Shown: positions 57,233 to 60,734 of the stretch, one piece after another
How positions within the stretch are numbered: position 1 is the first letter of the stretch
Layout of the letters: each line of letters opens with the position of its first letter
Source of the DNA: Rhodothermia bacterium
GTDB taxonomy: Bacteria; Bacteroidota; Rhodothermia; Rhodothermales; UBA10348
DNA length: 60,734 nt
Direction of reading: 5' to 3'
NCBI GenBank assembly: GCA_036985715.1
Contig: BTQE01000004.1
Coordinates: forward strand, 1-60,734
The notes under the pieces: model-generated
Told to the model about the DNA's origin: nothing
Databases searched by the model: none
The model's input: only the letters and a program-made list of their open reading frames with translations
Position numbers and translations under genes: made by a program

Positions 57233-57544
57233 TTATTCTGTCTCAGGAAGGGTTATGACTCGAATTAGGCCTCCCTCAGAGAGAGAGTCCAAAAAGGACC
57301 GTACATCTTTTTCAAGCCGTTCCGATTCGACGTCAAACTTTTCAAACAGTAAATCAAAGGAATATTAAATTGTGAGCTGGGTCGTCAATGCGTTCCACAT
57401 TTCAGCACCCACATCATCCAGCCCGAAATATGTACCGTCATTCATATTATAGAGAACGTACTCGTCGCCGATCTTCTGCGAGAGCACATTCTCAGCAACT
57501 GATACTTTCAGATTGAACAGAGAGTCCATCAGAATCATTGTCAT
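57233..57544 (-). pseudogene. PqqD-family / RiPP recognition element (RRE) ORF interrupted by an in-frame TAA (57365-57367)
   Basis: Hand translation gives 'MTMILMDSLFNLKVSVAENVLSQKIGDEYVLYNMNDGTYFGLDDVGAEMWNALTTQLTI*YSFDLLFEKFDVESERLEKDVRSFLDSLSEGGLIRVITLPETE*'. Both halves together fit the PqqD pattern (..de.vl.n...g.y..Ln..g..iW..l ... y.v....l..Dv..fl..L...GLi). Each half is under 60 aa, so neither appears in the ORF track. Confidence 0.65.
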
Positions 57545-57781
57545 TTCGAGAAAAAATCTTGTCGGTTCAGCAAAGGGCAGAATGTCTCCAGTCCTTCAAT
57601 TACGAAAAATAATTTGAAAAACGGGTTCCTTTGGCGAACAGATTCGACTCCGGATAAGCCTCCAGGGCATAGTTTTTGAGAAACAGAGGTTCACCGAGCG
57701 ACGACGAATCTACGCGGATTAGTAAGACGGCGTACCCGATCCCACGATGCATCAACGCACACGACAAATTTAAACCTACAG

Positions 57782-59629
57782 ATGAAACAGGTTGGGACGA
57801 TCTCGGGAATTGTTGCGTCGAACGCTGAAACGCGGCCGAATGGGAACGCAGTACTTTCTCTCAAAAGCCATGCCCTGACGTACGAAGCACTGTTCGAACA
57901 CATTTCGGACACCGTAAGTGCACTAAACGCAATTGGCCTAACCCGAAATGATCGGCTAGCAGTTGTTCTTCCAAATGGACCCGAAATGGCCACTGCGTTT
58001 TGTGCTATTTCATCCGGATTTTCCTGTGCCCCGCTGAATCCATCATTCCAGGCAACCGAATTTGACTTCTATCTGTCCGACCTAAAAGCGAAAGCAGTAA
58101 TCGTACAGGCCGGATTCGACTCTCCGGTGCGCGACGTCGCAACGAGATTGGGCGTGTCCGTACTCGAACTTCATCCAGAATCGTCCCGTTCAGGTCTTTT
58201 TTCCTTGAGTCACGAAATCGAAACACTCAAGAAACGCGATCCTCCCGATTTTGCTGGACCATTAGACGAAGCTCTCGTTCTGCATACTTCGGGTACTACA
58301 TCTCGACCCAAATTAGTACCGCTTTCGCACGGAAACCTGGTTGCCTCGGCTGTAAATATATCCGAATCACTGGCGCTATCTGATCGAGACATATGCATGA
58401 ATGTGATGCCACTTTTTCACATTCACGGATTGATGGCATGCGTTCTGGCATCGTTTCAATCTGGCGCCAGCGTTGTCTGTACGCCAGGATTCTCTGCACC
58501 GTCATTTCTAGAGCAGCTTTCGAGGACCGGTGCTACGTGGTACAGCGCTGTTCCCACGATGCATCAGGCCATCGTTGGACGGGTTCAAGCTAATCCGTCT
58601 TCGACCAACGCAATCAATCTTCGATTTATTCGATCGTCTTCTGCTTCGCTTCCTCCTACGGTTATGAGTGACCTCGAGCAGGCATTCGGGGTTCCTGTGA
58701 TAGAATCATACGGGATGACCGAAGCGTCCCATCAGATGGCTAGTAACCCATTACCTCCACTTCAGCGGAAGCCAGGCACGGTCGGTCTCGCAGCAGGTCC
58801 CGAAGTGTCTGTCATGGATGAAGACGGTGTCATTGTAGGGGCCGATCAGGTTGGGGAGATCGTCATTCGAGGCAATAATGTGACAGTAGGATACGCGGGG
58901 AATCCCCAGGCAAATGCAGCGGCATTTACAAACGGTTGGTTTCGCACAGGGGATCAGGGATATCTGGATGAAGATGGGTATCTAACGATCACAGGTCGAC
59001 TGAAAGAGATTATCAATCGAGGCGGCGAGAAGATTTCTCCGAGGGAGATCGACGAGGTGCTGCTGGCGCATCCGTCTGTTCGTCAGGCCGTTACTTTTGC
59101 ATTACCAGATCAGAACACGGGTGAGGAAGTTGCTGCTGCGGTAGTTCTTGAGGCGGGTAACAAAGTTGGTGAGCGAGAACTTCAGGATTTCGTCGCGGAA
59201 AGACTGGTCGACTTCAAGATTCCTCGCCGGGTTGTTTTTCTAGATGAGATTCCCAAAGGACCAACTGGAAAGCTGAGGAGGATCGGCCTCTCGGATCAGC
59301 TAGATATTCGGGGCGAACTTCCGCGCGAAAGTTTAAACGTCCGAGTAGGGGACACCGGAGATCCCGATACTGACACGGAGAAAGCTATGATAGCGATCTG
59401 GAAAAACGTGCTGAAGCTCGAACAAATCGGCCTGGATGACAGCTATCTGAGTCTGGGCGGTGATTCGATCCTTGTCGCACAGATACTTAATCGCGTAGAA
59501 AGCGTACTAGGAGTTCGACTATCGATCATTGATTTTTTTGGTTTGGCGACTGTTCGGAGGCTCTCAAAAAGAGTCGATGAGATCGCAAACGACGCCCGTG
59601 ATTCTGCTCAAACTGAGCTGGTCTCCTAG
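57782..59629 (+). CDS. ANL-superfamily adenylating enzyme fused to a phosphopantetheine carrier domain (A-T didomain)
   Basis: 'LHTSGTTSRPK', 'YGMTE', 'WFRTGD', 'GRLKEIINRGGEKISPREID' and 'PKGPTGKLRR', then the carrier motif 'LSLGGDSILVAQIL'. The N-terminal half resembles oxalate/medium-chain acyl-CoA ligase-type enzymes. Confidence 0.85.
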   Translation: MKQVGTISGIVASNAETRPNGNAVLSLKSHALTYEALFEHISDTVSALNAIGLTRNDRLAVVLPNGPEMATAFCAISSGFSCAPLNPSFQATEFDFYLSDLKAKAVIVQAGFDSPVRDVATRLGVSVLELHPESSRSGLFSLSHEIETLKKRDPPDFAGPLDEALVLHTSGTTSRPKLVPLSHGNLVASAVNISESLALSDRDICMNVMPLFHIHGLMACVLASFQSGASVVCTPGFSAPSFLEQLSRTGATWYSAVPTMHQAIVGRVQANPSSTNAINLRFIRSSSASLPPTVMSDLEQAFGVPVIESYGMTEASHQMASNPLPPLQRKPGTVGLAAGPEVSVMDEDGVIVGADQVGEIVIRGNNVTVGYAGNPQANAAAFTNGWFRTGDQGYLDEDGYLTITGRLKEIINRGGEKISPREIDEVLLAHPSVRQAVTFALPDQNTGEEVAAAVVLEAGNKVGERELQDFVAERLVDFKIPRRVVFLDEIPKGPTGKLRRIGLSDQLDIRGELPRESLNVRVGDTGDPDTDTEKAMIAIWKNVLKLEQIGLDDSYLSLGGDSILVAQILNRVESVLGVRLSIIDFFGLATVRRLSKRVDEIANDARDSAQTELVS

Positions 59630-59870
59630 CGGAGAGTCCGCGTGCTCAATCTGTCATCCCTTTTCGCGCGAATCGACTGATTTAAGTCGTTTATTGTATT
59701 TAATTAGCTTTTACTCGACCGGCGATTCACCGCTTTGGTACTCCTCGTCCCGGACACTCAGAGGAGGCACAGTCTTTGAACGTCACAGCCTTCACATCCT
59801 GTATTTAATACTTTGGGCAGTGTAGTCGGATCTTTTATACGACGAAAGGCAATCCAGGACCAATCGAATA

Positions 59871-60734
59871 ATGAACGAAGCTTCCATTCCCGGTATTATC
59901 AAGACGCATGCGGAACAGAGGCCGGATAATCTGGCCATCCTGTCGATCAACAGAGCACCGATGACGTATGGCCGCCTTCAGAGGCAGACGTCAGCCGTCG
60001 TTGGTATTCTGAACGGGCTAAACACAGGGAGAGGAGACCGCGTTGCAGTTGTTGTTCCGAGCGGTCCCGAGATGGCAACGGCATTTCTGACTATCTCTTC
60101 GGGAGCCACTTCCGTACCACTGAATCCGGCGCTTAAACGGTCTGAGTTCGATTCATATCTCTCCGATCTTGACACCAGAGTAGTGGTCATTCAGTCTGGA
60201 TTTGATTCGCCAATTCGAGACGTCGCGAAGGAGCGAAATATTCCAATATTGGATCTAATTCCCGACGCTGGTATTTCTGGTGTTTTCGAGTTGATGCTAA
60301 ATGGAGAGATACTTTCGTCGGAGAATTCGGCCCCTAGAGTTTATTCGAAGCCCGAGGACGTCGCCATGATCCTCTACACATCGGGCACGACCGCTCAGCC
60401 GAAGAGAGTGCCAATAGGGCACTTCCATTTATACAAGTCTGCGGAAGCGAGGATTCAGATATTGTCGCTCAGTGAAAAGGATCGCTGCCTGAACGTGATG
60501 CCGTATTTTCATGCTCACGCCCTCAGAACTTGTGTCCTGACCACTATAAAGGCAGGAGGAAGCGTGTTTTGTACAAACGGATTTTCACCTTCTTCATTTT
60601 TCGAAATCCTGGCGTTGTCGCAGGCTTCTTGGTATAGCGCGGTGCCAACCATTTTTATGACCATTCTGGCGCGAGCGGCAAATTCAGAGATGGTCGAAAA
60701 GCACCCGCACCTCAGATTTATTCGGTCAACCTCA
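59871..60734 (+). CDS. Second, paralogous ANL adenylating enzyme (3' end beyond the window)
   Basis: Not in the track because it has no stop codon. ATG 59871 stays open for 288 codons to the window edge. 'MNEASIPGIIKTHAEQRPDN...VVVPSGPEMATAFLTISSGATSVPLNPALKRSEFDSYLSDL...ILYTSGTTAQPK...' is collinear with 57782..59629. Confidence 0.8.
   Translation, partial: MNEASIPGIIKTHAEQRPDNLAILSINRAPMTYGRLQRQTSAVVGILNGLNTGRGDRVAVVVPSGPEMATAFLTISSGATSVPLNPALKRSEFDSYLSDLDTRVVVIQSGFDSPIRDVAKERNIPILDLIPDAGISGVFELMLNGEILSSENSAPRVYSKPEDVAMILYTSGTTAQPKRVPIGHFHLYKSAEARIQILSLSEKDRCLNVMPYFHAHALRTCVLTTIKAGGSVFCTNGFSPSSFFEILALSQASWYSAVPTIFMTILARAANSEMVEKHPHLRFIRSTS

Noticed and set aside
53699-57367. Stop-codon reassignment (alternative genetic code) as an explanation for the in-frame TAA codons in the PqqD-like ORF and the FAD stub.
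   Set aside because: Dozens of well-supported genes in the window end cleanly at TAA, TGA and TAG at the family-typical length, so the standard code 11 fits. The interruptions are better explained by mutation or sequencing error.
56759-57544. Calling the locus a lasso-peptide gene cluster because of the YxxPxLx3Gx5Tx leader and the PqqD-like ORF.
   Set aside because: No Asn-synthetase-like cyclase or transglutaminase-like leader protease is visible. The predicted core has no Asp/Glu at positions 7-9 and does not start with Gly/Ala/Ser/Cys in the register set by Thr(-2). The motif only supports RRE-dependent recognition.
57765-57772. 'TAAATTTG' on the minus strand as a Bacteroidetes-type -7 promoter box (TAnnTTTG) for the RRE operon.
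   Set aside because: A single 8-mer match 220 bp upstream of the start in AT-rich DNA cannot be supported without a -33 element or transcript data.

Overview
This 60.7-kb window looks like chromosomal DNA from an FCB-group bacterium (Bacteroidota, Rhodothermota or Balneolota-like). That placement is an inference from gene content: a T9SS sorting tail, DUF4252, DUF2911, CBM9/DUF5916 and LemA-TPM. Everything here comes from reading the sequence and the ORF track by eye; no database search was run.

Bases 1-53,550 are tightly packed, ordinary genes. They cover envelope and secretion (Calx-beta T9SS cargo, Omp85, S41 protease, LysM/RlpA, CPBP and M50 proteases, ECF sigma/anti-sigma), central metabolism (AcnA, transaldolase, ALS-like TPP enzyme, ALDH, Fe-ADH, HyuA/HyuB, AcnX, a FAD/Fe-S dehydrogenase, a PLP decarboxylase) and DNA repair (ComEA, RecO, LexA). 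There is one tRNA-Ala(CGC).

The character changes at about 53.6 kb. A decayed FAD-oxidoreductase stub is followed by loosely spaced genes that I read as a candidate, apparently unclassified RiPP-type cluster. It contains:
- a PqqD/RRE-like ORF that is missing from the ORF track and carries an in-frame TAA;
- a 60-aa peptide whose leader exactly fits the lasso-type YxxPxLx3Gx5Tx motif but whose Trp/Asn/Gly-rich core cannot form a canonical lasso ring;
- an orphan 365-aa protein;
- a Nif11-type small peptide;
- two paralogous adenylation(-carrier) genes running off the right edge.

No lasso cyclase, leader protease, radical-SAM, YcaO or LanM-type enzyme is visible in the window.

Other observations:
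- Three more interrupted genes: a glycine-repeat surface protein with a 1-nt indel, a DUF4252 paralogue and the FAD stub.
- A 6 x 14-bp tandem array that fills the whole spacer upstream of the Fe-ADH gene.
- Several in-frame 15-bp micro-repeats.
- A near-identical 333-bp-period Calx-beta duplication.

No CRISPR array, rRNA, transposase or integrase was seen.
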